NCBI RefSeq assembly: GCF_000025505.1
Contig: NC_013849.1
Span: forward strand, 390,001-422,000
From: Ferroglobus placidus DSM 10642
Lineage (GTDB): Archaea > Halobacteriota > Archaeoglobi > Archaeoglobales > Archaeoglobaceae
Direction of reading: 5' to 3'
DNA length: 32,000 bases
A program made the translations under genes and the position numbers. Below, piece by piece: positions 16,015 to 24,225 of the stretch (positions are counted from its first letter, which is position 1; each line of letters begins with the position of its first letter). The notes beneath the pieces were generated by a model. It saw only the letters and a list, made by a program, of their open reading frames with translations. It was not told the DNA's origin and made no database searches.

Positions 16015-17811
16015 TTACGGCTTCAACCACCTTTTCCTCTCCCAGTCGTAAATCCCTCCCACCTTGTACACGTATTCAAGGAACCTGCAAAGCAAGCTGT
16101 CCGATTTTGTAATAGCTCTTCCATTCCCGACCACAATCAACTTTTTCCTTGCCCTTGTAAAGGCAACATTCAGCCTGTTCGGATCTGAGACGAAATTCAT
16201 GTTTCCTGTGGCTGTAACACTAAAGATAACAACATCCTTCTCCCTCCCCTGGAAAGCATCCACCGTCCCAACCTCAACACCCTTCACCCTTTCAGCAATC
16301 CTCTTCCTCTGGGCTACATATGGGGAGATAACACCTATCCGTCCCGGGCTCAAGTACCTCCTCAGCTCTCCGACAAGGCTAACACAAACATCTACCTCCT
16401 TAGAATTGAACTTTGATTGTCCTTCCCTCTCCTCCTCTCCTTCAACATGGACAAAAACAACTGGTTTTTCATTTAGCACAGGGATGCTGCTCCTGATTTT
16501 CAGAATCTGTTTCCAGCACTCCTTTGCTGGCTCAATCTTTCCCTCATAAAAGTGCTCAGCAGAAAAGCCTATGATGTATGGATGACTCCTCCTGTGAACT
16601 CTGAGCATCTTCATGCGGTGCGGATACTTTTCCAGAAGGGATACGAAAGCTGAAAGCTTCTCCGAATTCCTCAGAGTTCTGAATATCGGCAGGAGCTGTC
16701 TGTCGTCCCCAACCAGAACCCACTTCCTTCCCTTAACCATCCCCAGCAGTGCAAGTGTTATTGAAGCTTGGCTGGACTCATCGATTATAACAGTGTCAAA
16801 GTCTGTCTCGGAAAGGGGATACAGCTGGGATTTCACAAGTGTTGATCCTATAACAGGCATTTTTTCAACAAGCTCTTCCGAAGTTTTCCTTAGCATGTTA
16901 TTCCTTTTTCTGTAAAGCTCTTTTAAATGCTCCTTGTACTTCCTCCTCACTTCATTTAGCTTTGCTTTCTCGAATCCCAAAGCCTTCTTTGCATCTTCCT
17001 CAATTTTAAGCAGCAGTTTTAGGGTTTTACCTATCTCTCCCTCAATTTCTTCCAACTTATCTCCTAAGCCTTCTCTGGCCTTGCATCCAAGCAGGTATTT
17101 TCTTATGCCAGGCAGAACTTTCTCAGGCCTTCCAACTCTCAAGGCCACACCTTCTGGAAGCTCCTCAACTGCATTGTCAACAGCTCTGTTTGTGTGGGAG
17201 GTTATCAGAACCTTCTCTCCCTGGTCTGCAAGCTCATACGCTATCTTTGCTATTACAACCGTCTTCCCGGTTCCTGGCGGGCCCCTGATGAGCAGGAGTT
17301 CGCCATCCTCCAGAGCCAGGGCTGCCTCAACAGCCTCTACCTGAGACTCGTCAAGCTCGTATCCTTTAACGTATTTGTTTCCCAGTTCAGCCCTTCTGAT
17401 TTCTCCAGCTTTTAAGTCATCAAAGAACAGACTTACCGCTCCCTCTCCTTCAAGTTCTCCGCTTTCTATCCTTTCTATCAGATCAATCTGCAAGTCAAAG
17501 GCAATTAAGGGCTCATAATTCGTTATCCTTAAATCCCATCCCTCCGCCAGCTCCAAGCTGGTGAAAACTGTTAGAATGTCCCGGGATGAATCCACAACCG
17601 TCCCGAGCTGCCTAATGGCTATCTCCCCTCCCCGACCAAGAACCAGGCCGAGAACATCACCGGGCTCAAAGAGATTTGCATATCTCGATTCCAGCGTTGC
17701 AATGCTTTCCGAAGTGTCAAGGACTTGGGCGGGGAGAATTAGCCTGAGCACGTCTTTCACTGCCCGCTCTCTTTCCCTGACAAGCACATCCTTCAGCAGT
17801 TTTACCTGCAT
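16015..17811 (-). CDS. SF1 Upf1/DNA2-NAM7-like helicase (paralog B)
   Basis: Same motif set as paralog A (GPPGTGKT, VIIDESSQ, LVGDDRQLLPI, TVDAFQGREKDVVIF, NVAFTRARKKLIVVGN). Roughly half the residues are identical to paralog A by eye. Confidence 0.9.
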   Translation of the reverse strand: MQVKLLKDVLVRERERAVKDVLRLILPAQVLDTSESIATLESRYANLFEPGDVLGLVLGRGGEIAIRQLGTVVDSSRDILTVFTSLELAEGWDLRITNYEPLIAFDLQIDLIERIESGELEGEGAVSLFFDDLKAGEIRRAELGNKYVKGYELDESQVEAVEAALALEDGELLLIRGPPGTGKTVVIAKIAYELADQGEKVLITSHTNRAVDNAVEELPEGVALRVGRPEKVLPGIRKYLLGCKAREGLGDKLEEIEGEIGKTLKLLLKIEEDAKKALGFEKAKLNEVRRKYKEHLKELYRKRNNMLRKTSEELVEKMPVIGSTLVKSQLYPLSETDFDTVIIDESSQASITLALLGMVKGRKWVLVGDDRQLLPIFRTLRNSEKLSAFVSLLEKYPHRMKMLRVHRRSHPYIIGFSAEHFYEGKIEPAKECWKQILKIRSSIPVLNEKPVVFVHVEGEEEREGQSKFNSKEVDVCVSLVGELRRYLSPGRIGVISPYVAQRKRIAERVKGVEVGTVDAFQGREKDVVIFSVTATGNMNFVSDPNRLNVAFTRARKKLIVVGNGRAITKSDSLLCRFLEYVYKVGGIYDWERKRWLKP

Positions 17812-17943
17812 ATCTCACCACTCCGCTGGAGACCAACCAGCCTTCTTCTCCAACCTCCTCAAACCCGGCTTTATTTTACCATTTTACTCTATCGGGAAAG
17901 CGGAGGGAAAAAGTTTATGTCTGCGAGATGAAATGAAGAAGGT

Positions 17944-18255
17944 ATGGGGGATACAGCAATAGTGCTTGTAGGACTGCTTATCGGCCTTGTGCTGGGATTG
18001 AGCGGTGTGGCAACTCTCCTCAATCTTATGAGTGATGTCGTAAGCAATGCACAGACACAGCTCTCACAGCTCGGAGCTGCATCAACCATCATCCTTCTGG
18101 TCATGGCCCTGATACTGATAATAAAGGTCAGAGTTCTCTCCTCTTTAATCGTGGGAGCAATAGTAGGGGCTGTGGCAGAATTTATACTGGAGGCAAATGG
18201 CATCCACATTTTTGAGGCAATTAGATCGGCAGTTTTTGGGTTATTGGGATCCTAA
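17944..18255 (+). CDS. small integral membrane protein (about 3 TM helices)
   Basis: 103-aa hydrophobic ORF with a TATA-like aaaagtttatg ~30 nt upstream. Divergent from the helicase operon. Confidence 0.65.
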   Translation: MGDTAIVLVGLLIGLVLGLSGVATLLNLMSDVVSNAQTQLSQLGAASTIILLVMALILIIKVRVLSSLIVGAIVGAVAEFILEANGIHIFEAIRSAVFGLLGS

Positions 18256-18578
18256 GCACCAGTCCCGAATTGGGATCTCAAGCACAATTCCGAGGGCTGG
18301 CAAGAACAATGTACCTCCATCCTCTCTCAAGCCTTGCCAGGCCGCTACCATTATCAGAGCTACTGACTCTTATCTGCTTACCACCTGGCCCCGATCCTGC
18401 GATCTGACCCAACAACCTGGCCCAACACACGGAGGTAATAAACCTACTGTAACCAACCAGGGTGCGTCCCACTCTTGTCCTTTATATACATGTGAGAGAT
18501 ACCAGATCTCAGCCAAAGTTTAAGCATGCTATTACGTCCTTCTCTTTATAAGGCTTTATAAAGGGTGCAGCTCGGACA

Positions 18579-19004
18579 TTAGCACTTCCCCCTGAAATGA
18601 TCCCATTCGTAGCATTTTGTTCCGTCCTGGAGAATGCAGACTGCGCATTCCTGTGAGAATGTGCAGCCTTCAGTCGTGGTCGTTATCCTGCCCCCATTTT
18701 TCTCGCAGTAGGTGTAACTCTGACCGCATTTCCCGTTAAAGAAGGCCCATGCGTCGCATTTATCGCCGTCGGGGAATATACAGTATCCTGTCTGTCCTTT
18801 ATCCGTCACAACTCTGTACTCGTAGCCAAGCTTTGTGCAGTAAACCGCAGCAGGGTTTGGAACGCTGTCAGGGATCTGGTAGCCCGGAGCCGGGACAGGA
18901 GTGGATGGAGTGCTGCCCCCCGCCCCCGGTGCCACCGGTTTCTCGCAGCAGGCCACGGACAATGCCAGTATGAGTAGGGAGAGTATCAGAACTCCTTTCC
19001 TCAT
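18579..19004 (-). CDS. DUF333-domain lipoprotein (two Cys-rich DUF333-like repeats)
   Basis: Lipobox-like LALSVAC. NPAAVYCTKLGYEYRV..GYCIFPDGDKCDAWAFFNGKC is the DUF333 signature. GGAGGTG SD 6 nt upstream. Confidence 0.8.
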   Translation of the reverse strand: MRKGVLILSLLILALSVACCEKPVAPGAGGSTPSTPVPAPGYQIPDSVPNPAAVYCTKLGYEYRVVTDKGQTGYCIFPDGDKCDAWAFFNGKCGQSYTYCEKNGGRITTTTEGCTFSQECAVCILQDGTKCYEWDHFRGKC

Positions 19005-19084
19005 TTTAACACCTCCACATCCTCTCTATATACCTCTTATCTCTTATCTCTTTTTTCTTCTTTAAAATAATAAATAAACCTTCC

Positions 19085-19888
19085 TTAACTCTCACACCCG
19101 ATCCCATCCCCGTCTCCATCAAAGTGATGAGGATCCGGTGGCAGAACCCTGAAGTTCCTGTAGGGTATGTCCTTGCAGTCCAGATCTGGTGGGGGAGGAG
19201 GGATGCATACATCCGGATAGGAGGGGTCGCAGTTTGGTGTTGTGGTAGTAGTGGCAGGGGTAGGGGTAGCTGTGGTTGTGGGCGCGGGCATGCAGCTCCA
19301 CAGCCCCAATCTTTCCGCCATCGCCTTCTCCTGATACCTCACGTACTCCTGCTCCTTCTTAAACTCCCCCTCTGTGTAGGCCCTCGCATATCCCTTCTTT
19401 ACGAGCTCCGCCGTGAAATCAGTCCCGTTTTGAAGGTAAACGTATGCAAGGAGCCTGCCGTAGTATCCTCTGAGTCCTGCAAGCTCGTCAAACTCAATAT
19501 AAACGTACTTCCCCTCAAGCTTTCCCGTGAACTCCTTTGCCTTCATCCCCCAGTTTGCAAGGCACTGCAGATCCGTGATGCTGTCATACTCGTATGGTTT
19601 GTTGTCGCTGGCAGATTTCTCAGGGGTGTCAACTCCCAGAAACCTGACCCTCTCCTTCTTACCGTTGAATAGAACATCCATCGTGTCACCATCTATAACA
19701 TCAAGGACCTTAACCAGATATTTCTGGCCGTAAATGATTGGCTGGTCCGTCTGTGTTGTGGAAGCAGCAGGTACGGCTGCAGTTGTAGTTGTTGGAGATG
19801 TGGTCTGAGGACTCTGCTCAGCACATCCTGCAAGTAATGCTGCAAGCAGCAAAAAGAGAAGAAGCAGAACTGATTTTCCAATCTTCAT
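19085..19888 (-). CDS. secreted thermonuclease (staphylococcal nuclease fold) with C-terminal Excalibur Ca-binding domain, lipoprotein signal
   Basis: LLAGCAEQ lipobox; VIDGDTMDV..RVRFLGVDTPE; YGRLLAYVY; C-terminal PPPPDLDCKDI..DPHHFDGDGDGIGCES. Confidence 0.88.
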   Translation of the reverse strand: MKIGKSVLLLLFLLLAALLAGCAEQSPQTTSPTTTTAAVPAASTTQTDQPIIYGQKYLVKVLDVIDGDTMDVLFNGKKERVRFLGVDTPEKSASDNKPYEYDSITDLQCLANWGMKAKEFTGKLEGKYVYIEFDELAGLRGYYGRLLAYVYLQNGTDFTAELVKKGYARAYTEGEFKKEQEYVRYQEKAMAERLGLWSCMPAPTTTATPTPATTTTTPNCDPSYPDVCIPPPPPDLDCKDIPYRNFRVLPPDPHHFDGDGDGIGCES

Positions 19889-19996
19889 ACTTATCTGCCT
19901 CCGCGAGTGAAACTGGACTTTGAGGGGTCATAACCTGACCTGCTGTAGATAACCACACTGCGCCAGCATAAAAAACCTTAAATCTTACATCCCTGC

Positions 19997-20308
19997 TTAA
20001 GGTATTTCCCTCATCCTCAAAAAATCCCTGATGAGCAGTAGATCTTTCTTCCCTTCCTCAAATTTTTTCTCAATCCTGTGCCTCATCACCCTTATGTGGT
20101 TCTTCCAGTCTCCTTTACTGCTCCATTTCTCCCTGAACTCCTCAACACTCATCTCCCCCGCCTTAACCTTCTCAAAATCCTCCAGAAAAGTAGATCCCTC
20201 CTTTCTCGATGCCCATTTTCTGTAAAACTCAAGCCTGTCCATTTTTCCGCTGGTGACTCTCATCCAGTCCTGAATGAACTCCCTCTCCCGCTTTGTGAGC
20301 AACCCCAT
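19997..20308 (-). CDS. hypothetical protein
   Basis: The ORF is open to TTG 20359. ATG 20308 (MGLLTKREREFIQDW...) fits a leaderless start ~25 nt from the TATA-like ttttataaaa (20327-20336). The start is uncertain. Confidence 0.5.
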   Translation of the reverse strand: MGLLTKREREFIQDWMRVTSGKMDRLEFYRKWASRKEGSTFLEDFEKVKAGEMSVEEFREKWSSKGDWKNHIRVMRHRIEKKFEEGKKDLLLIRDFLRMREIP

Positions 20309-20561
20309 ATTACTGGTCATTTCTCTTTTATAAAATCGTTGATCCCCCTCCGTGGTCAAATCGATGCAAAGAGGGCGGTTTACATAAACGACTACCTGTA
20401 CATTATTGCTGCAGACAGGGTTGTAGCTTACGATGAAAATACATGGGAGCAGGCTGGTGAAGTCAGGATTTAGGGTCAGAGCTTTCTGATGATGGACAAC
20501 CTTTCCAAACTCTGAAAATTACCCCCTTTCAGCCCCAGCGAATCTCTCTATTGTTCGCTCT

Positions 20562-20789
20562 TCAACATCTCCTCACTACCGCATCAACCAGCTCGATTTC
20601 ACTCCTGCTCACTTCACAGAAGGCGAGAATTTTTGGCAAATTATTAAACAGCCTCTCCAGCTCTTTTTCTTTTTTCCTGACATCTCCCTGTATGATAGCC
20701 TCAGAAATAATTTCGCCCAGATGATTGAGCTGGATGTAGTAGATCCTCGCTTTTGACAGGTTAGAATTCATGCAGCTGACTGTCTTCAT
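20562..20789 (-). CDS. hypothetical small protein
   Basis: ATG 20789 is preceded by CAGGAGGGCCTGGT (SD). It overlaps the 3' end of the upstream gene by 29 nt. The track ORF start 20912 is unlikely. Confidence 0.5.
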   Translation of the reverse strand: MKTVSCMNSNLSKARIYYIQLNHLGEIISEAIIQGDVRKKEKELERLFNNLPKILAFCEVSRSEIELVDAVVRRC

Positions 20790-21576
20790 ACCAGGCCCTC
20801 CTGATGGTCTTCTCGAAAACAAGGAATCCACTATCTCTGAGCTTTTTGATGAGGGAGAGGGTTTTGTCCAGCGCTGGTTCTGGCAGCCTGCAGTTATAGT
20901 TGTCGTAGCCAATGTAGATCATGAGCGGGTTGATCTTCTCAATCTTCCTCCAGAATTTGGGGCTGAAGTCAAGTATGGGTTCTATAGACAGAAACTTCAT
21001 GTCCCAGTCCAGCTCAAACATGGCCTTTATCCTCTCACCCGGTTTAGGGGCCTTGGAAATTTTGTATATCTCATTCCTGTCAGTCTCTATTGTTGCACCC
21101 AGTATAGCATTCTCAGGGAAATTGAAGTCAAGATACCTTGATGGGTTTTTGGTCAGAAACAGGAAGAGGGTGCTGGAGAATTTACCTGCATGCTTTAAGA
21201 CGGTTTCAATCCACTCATCAGGTACAAATTCTCCAAAAAGATCGCCCATGTCGCTCACAAAGACAACTCCACCCCTGAACTTTTTGTTGAGCTCCTCCCT
21301 GTTTAATCTCGGGATGAAGCCGTTGCTGTACCTCTTGCTGTTTCTTAATCTGGTTTCGGCCAGCCTTCTCGCCCAGCAGTATGTGCAGCTGTGCTCACAT
21401 CCTGTAACTGGGTTCCATGTTTCAGTCACCATGCTGAACATCTTTGTGCTGTCTTCGTGCTCCAGCAGCTGCTTCAGCAGTGATTTGAGTCTGGAGAATT
21501 TTTCAGGCTTTGAATCTTCCAGCACAGAAACTGCATCTGTAACTGCTTCTACCTTTGCTCTTACCTCTGAACACAT
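20761..21576 (-). CDS. phage Gp37/Gp68-like (DUF5131) protein with CX3CX2C radical-SAM-like cluster motif
   Basis: TWNPVTGCEHSCTYCWARR, VFVSDMGDLF and LFLTKNP match my memory of the DUF5131 family. ATG 21576 lies 6 nt after AGGAGGTG. Confidence 0.7.
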   Translation of the reverse strand: MCSEVRAKVEAVTDAVSVLEDSKPEKFSRLKSLLKQLLEHEDSTKMFSMVTETWNPVTGCEHSCTYCWARRLAETRLRNSKRYSNGFIPRLNREELNKKFRGGVVFVSDMGDLFGEFVPDEWIETVLKHAGKFSSTLFLFLTKNPSRYLDFNFPENAILGATIETDRNEIYKISKAPKPGERIKAMFELDWDMKFLSIEPILDFSPKFWRKIEKINPLMIYIGYDNYNCRLPEPALDKTLSLIKKLRDSGFLVFEKTIRRAWYEDSQLHEF

Positions 21577-21685
21577 CTCAGCCACCTCCTAATCTGTTGT
21601 GCAGCATACCCTTAAAGTTATTCCCCGAGAATGAATGTGGGAGTTTCACAAACCTCATAAATCCGGTCCTTAAAGGGATTTTCAG

Positions 21686-21768
21686 GCGGGGGTTGCCGAG
21701 CGGACAAAGGCGCAGGATTGAGGGTCCTGTCCCGCAGGGGTTCGAGGGTTCGAATCCCTCCCCCCGCA
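21686..21768 (+). tRNA. tRNA-Leu: tRNA-Leu (anticodon GAG), no encoded CCA
   Basis: Hand-folded cloverleaf: acceptor GCGGGGG/CCCCCGC, anticodon stem CAGGA/TCCTG with loop TTGAGGG, 14-nt variable arm, T arm GAGGG-TTCGAAT-CCCTC, discriminator A. Confidence 0.92.
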
Positions 21769-21882
21769 TTACAGGAGAATACTTCAGCAGCTCCGAACAA
21801 GTAGAGATTGTGGATGGAGAGGTTGTCGTAAAGTTAACTTGAATCCAAAACATTTTTTAGACTTTTTTACACATTCATAAAC

Positions 21883-22440
21883 ATGTTTAAGCTGGAGATT
21901 AAGAAGATTAAGGGTTACAGGTACATTTACATCAAAGACAGAGTAAAGGTTAACGATAAAAGTATACCTGTGACCATGTACATTGGCAGACTGGAAAAAA
22001 CGACCACAGAAGAGTTCATCAAAAAATTGGGGGAGTATCAGGTAGCAAGGTTAAAAACTTTCACGGACTTCTGGATGAAAAAGGGGCGTTCGTATCTTGA
22101 TGATCAAAAAACATTCAATTTAGAGGTCCTTCACTACAGCTACAGGCTTTTTGGAGAATACTACCCCGACGAGCTTAGGAGGTACGAGCAATCCGTTTTC
22201 GCAAGATACGTGCAGGGGACAACAGCTATTGAAGGCAACACGATAACTCTCAGGCAGGCTGAGGAGCTGATTGAGCACAACATAACCCCTCCCGGCAAAT
22301 CCGTCAGAGAGGTTTATGAGATCATAAACTTCAGGAAGTTGAGGAATTTCCTGGACAACTACACAGGAGATGTATCTGAGAGGCTAATCAGAAAGATGCA
22401 AAGCCGCCAGAACAGATACCAAGATGGAAGAGCAAGTTAG
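21883..22440 (+). pseudogene. Fic/DOC-family protein, N-terminal fragment (core HxFx[DE]GNGR motif missing)
   Basis: N-terminal KGYRYIYIKDR.. and the inhibitory-helix motif TTAIEGNTITL are typical of Fic proteins. The ORF ends at ~185 aa, just where the Fic core should begin. A 32-aa out-of-frame remnant follows (22424..22519). Confidence 0.6.
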
Positions 22441-23216
22441 AAATGAGATTGAGATCGAGTTGCACGAAATCCTAGAGGAGATAGGCGATAGTGGAAAAAG
22501 AGGTTTCAAAAGACCTTAAATTACTTTTTAAGCAAGGAATAAAGAGGAATTGATTTTAATTTTACCATTCCATCCCTTCTCAGCTCTCGGATTATCTTTA
22601 ATCAAGCTCCGGCAAAGGTTGAGAGGACCTGCACGACTTTTGAAGGCCTTATTAGCGTGGAGTTAGCGTGGAGAACGTCTCCAGCCTTCAGGTTTGGCCC
22701 TGAGCCAGCTGGCGTGTGTGAAGTGAAGGTGTGAGAAGGTGTGTAAGAGCGAAGTGAGAGTGATGTAAGAATGAGATGTGAAGGATGGCTGTCCCCGCCC
22801 AGGACGGTGTGGTTTGAGATTAAGAGAGAAAGATGGCAGTAGTGTCCCCATCTGAGACGAGTTGGAGTGTTTCCATCCAGGACGTGTACTCCCCGTTTAA
22901 CGAGGAAGACTACCTTCCCACCCTTCCCCACCCACCACCCTTCAAAAAAGTAGGAACCTAAGTAGGACTCTATATAATAAAATACTAAATAGTTCCTACT
23001 AGTATACATTAAGTGCACATAAATTCTGTGATAGGTCGGTATTATATTTCTCAACTAACAAAAACCGCAGTAATCTTTGATCGCTCATACACACGCGAAA
23101 ATTTCTTTTTGTCCACATCTGCCAACTCTTGCATGTTTAAAGAGCCATCCAAATCCTCAGAGCCGGTTGCTGTCTGCAAAATATCTTACTAATTATATAT
23201 ATCTGACCCAAGACAT

Positions 23217-23320
23217 ATTAGAAATATTAGTCCTAATATTTCTCGCCCTGATCAGCCCGTGAAGAACCGTGACAAAATATTAGAAGAATCGTGACAAAAT
23301 ATTATTTCTAATATTTCCCA
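23217..23320. promoter_or_regulatory. operator-like repeat array upstream of RHH gene
   Basis: Perfect inverted repeat AGAAATATTAG-tc-CTAATATTTCT (23220-23243). Direct repeat cgtgacaaaatatta at 23268-23282 and 23290-23304 (22-bp period). A further ctaatatttc half-site at 23308-23317. Confidence 0.6.
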
Positions 23321-23375
23321 TCCTCATCACCCAAAACTTTAATACCATATAATGGAATAGTATTTATGATGCGAG

Positions 23376-24170
23376 GTGATGAAGATGTCAGGAGGTGAAA
23401 TTACCGTGAGCGTTACATTCTCCTTCAGCGTGAAGAACGGCGATAAGGAGCTCGTCCAGAAAATTATGGCTTTCAAGGAAACCGGAAACCTCTCAGCCCT
23501 TGTGAACAAGCTTCTCCGGGCGTACTTCGACGGCAAGATCGAAGATGTGTTTGAAACCAAAGCTGAGACTAAAACTGAAAGTGGTGGGGGTGAGATCGGT
23601 AATCAGTCTCAATCCTTTCAAGACCTTCACAGCGAGATTGCTGAGGTCAGGAAAGGGATTGAAGAGCTCGTGTCGAGGGTTGAGGGGCTAGTATCGAGGA
23701 TTGAGAACCTGGAGTTGAGAGTTGATGGGCTGGAGAGGAAGAGGCTTGAGGAGCTTGTGGCGGGTGAGATGCATGCGCAGGCTGCAGCGGGTGCAAATAG
23801 TGTGCAGGCATCTCAGGGTGAAGATAGAGGAGGTGAAACTGAGTATAAAACAGGCCAGGATGAGGGAGCTGAGAGCGTAGAGGAAGAGGAGAAGGAGAAG
23901 AAGGAGAAGGAGGCTGTTAAACTTATAAACCCTCACCAGACCAAAGAGTCTGAGGAAGAGCTCATCAAAGACCTCAGAGAAATTGTTTTCGACGATCTGA
24001 GCAGAAAAGGAGTGGAAAGGTTCATCAACTGGTGTGAAAATAAGGGCTGGGAGCCGGACTACATAGTTAAAGCAAGACTGGAGAATTTTGCAGATGATAA
24101 GAAGATCAGCATTGAGAGAGCTCGTGAGTTATTCCTCAAGGCCTTCCCGGAGTGCGAGGAGCTCGTGTGA
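23376..24170 (+). CDS. ribbon-helix-helix (CopG-like) N-terminal domain protein with coiled-coil and acidic linker (paralog 1)
   Basis: VTFSFSVKNGDKELVQKIMAFKETGNLSALVNKLLRAYF has a strand-helix-helix pattern, followed by heptad-like VEGLVSRIENLELRVDGLERK. Possible starts are ATG 23385 or GTG 23406 (7 nt after AGGAGGTGA). Confidence 0.7.
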   Translation: MMKMSGGEITVSVTFSFSVKNGDKELVQKIMAFKETGNLSALVNKLLRAYFDGKIEDVFETKAETKTESGGGEIGNQSQSFQDLHSEIAEVRKGIEELVSRVEGLVSRIENLELRVDGLERKRLEELVAGEMHAQAAAGANSVQASQGEDRGGETEYKTGQDEGAESVEEEEKEKKEKEAVKLINPHQTKESEEELIKDLREIVFDDLSRKGVERFINWCENKGWEPDYIVKARLENFADDKKISIERARELFLKAFPECEELV

Positions 24171-24225
24171 GTATTTTGGTGCTGGTGTGTGGGCTGAGTA
24201 AGAGGAATAGGAGGGGGCGAGAATT

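Noticed and set aside
13915-17811. Classifying the tandem SF1 helicases as Mokosh- or Nhi-type defence genes
   Set aside because: No PLD or nuclease domain motifs were seen in these proteins or their neighbours. Only the generic Upf1-like helicase core is shared.
18256-18578. ORFs 18197..18523 (+) and 18278..18472 (-), and a possible small RNA in the convergent 320-bp gap
   Set aside because: The ORFs lack SDs and look compositionally random. TATA-like strings (tttatata at ~18483, ctttataa x2 at ~18545-18566) exist, but I see no supporting structure or terminator, so nothing is called.
21686-21768. Direct repeat of the tRNA-Leu 3' or 5' half elsewhere in the window as attL/attR
   Set aside because: Scanning by eye for gttcgaatccctc and gcgggggttgccgag found no second copy. 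The only gaatcc-containing repeats (25719 and 26085) do not otherwise match the tRNA. A proper computational search is still needed.
21555-21853. ORFs 21555..21842 (+), 21578..21853 (-) and 21618..21800 (-)
   Set aside because: They run through the tRNA-Leu gene, and the tRNA cloverleaf explains the sequence.
22602-23054. 150-aa minus-strand ORF
   Set aside because: The amino-acid composition is non-protein-like (H/S/T/L/Y runs), there is no SD, and it lies in a strand-asymmetric low-complexity region. I treat it as non-coding.
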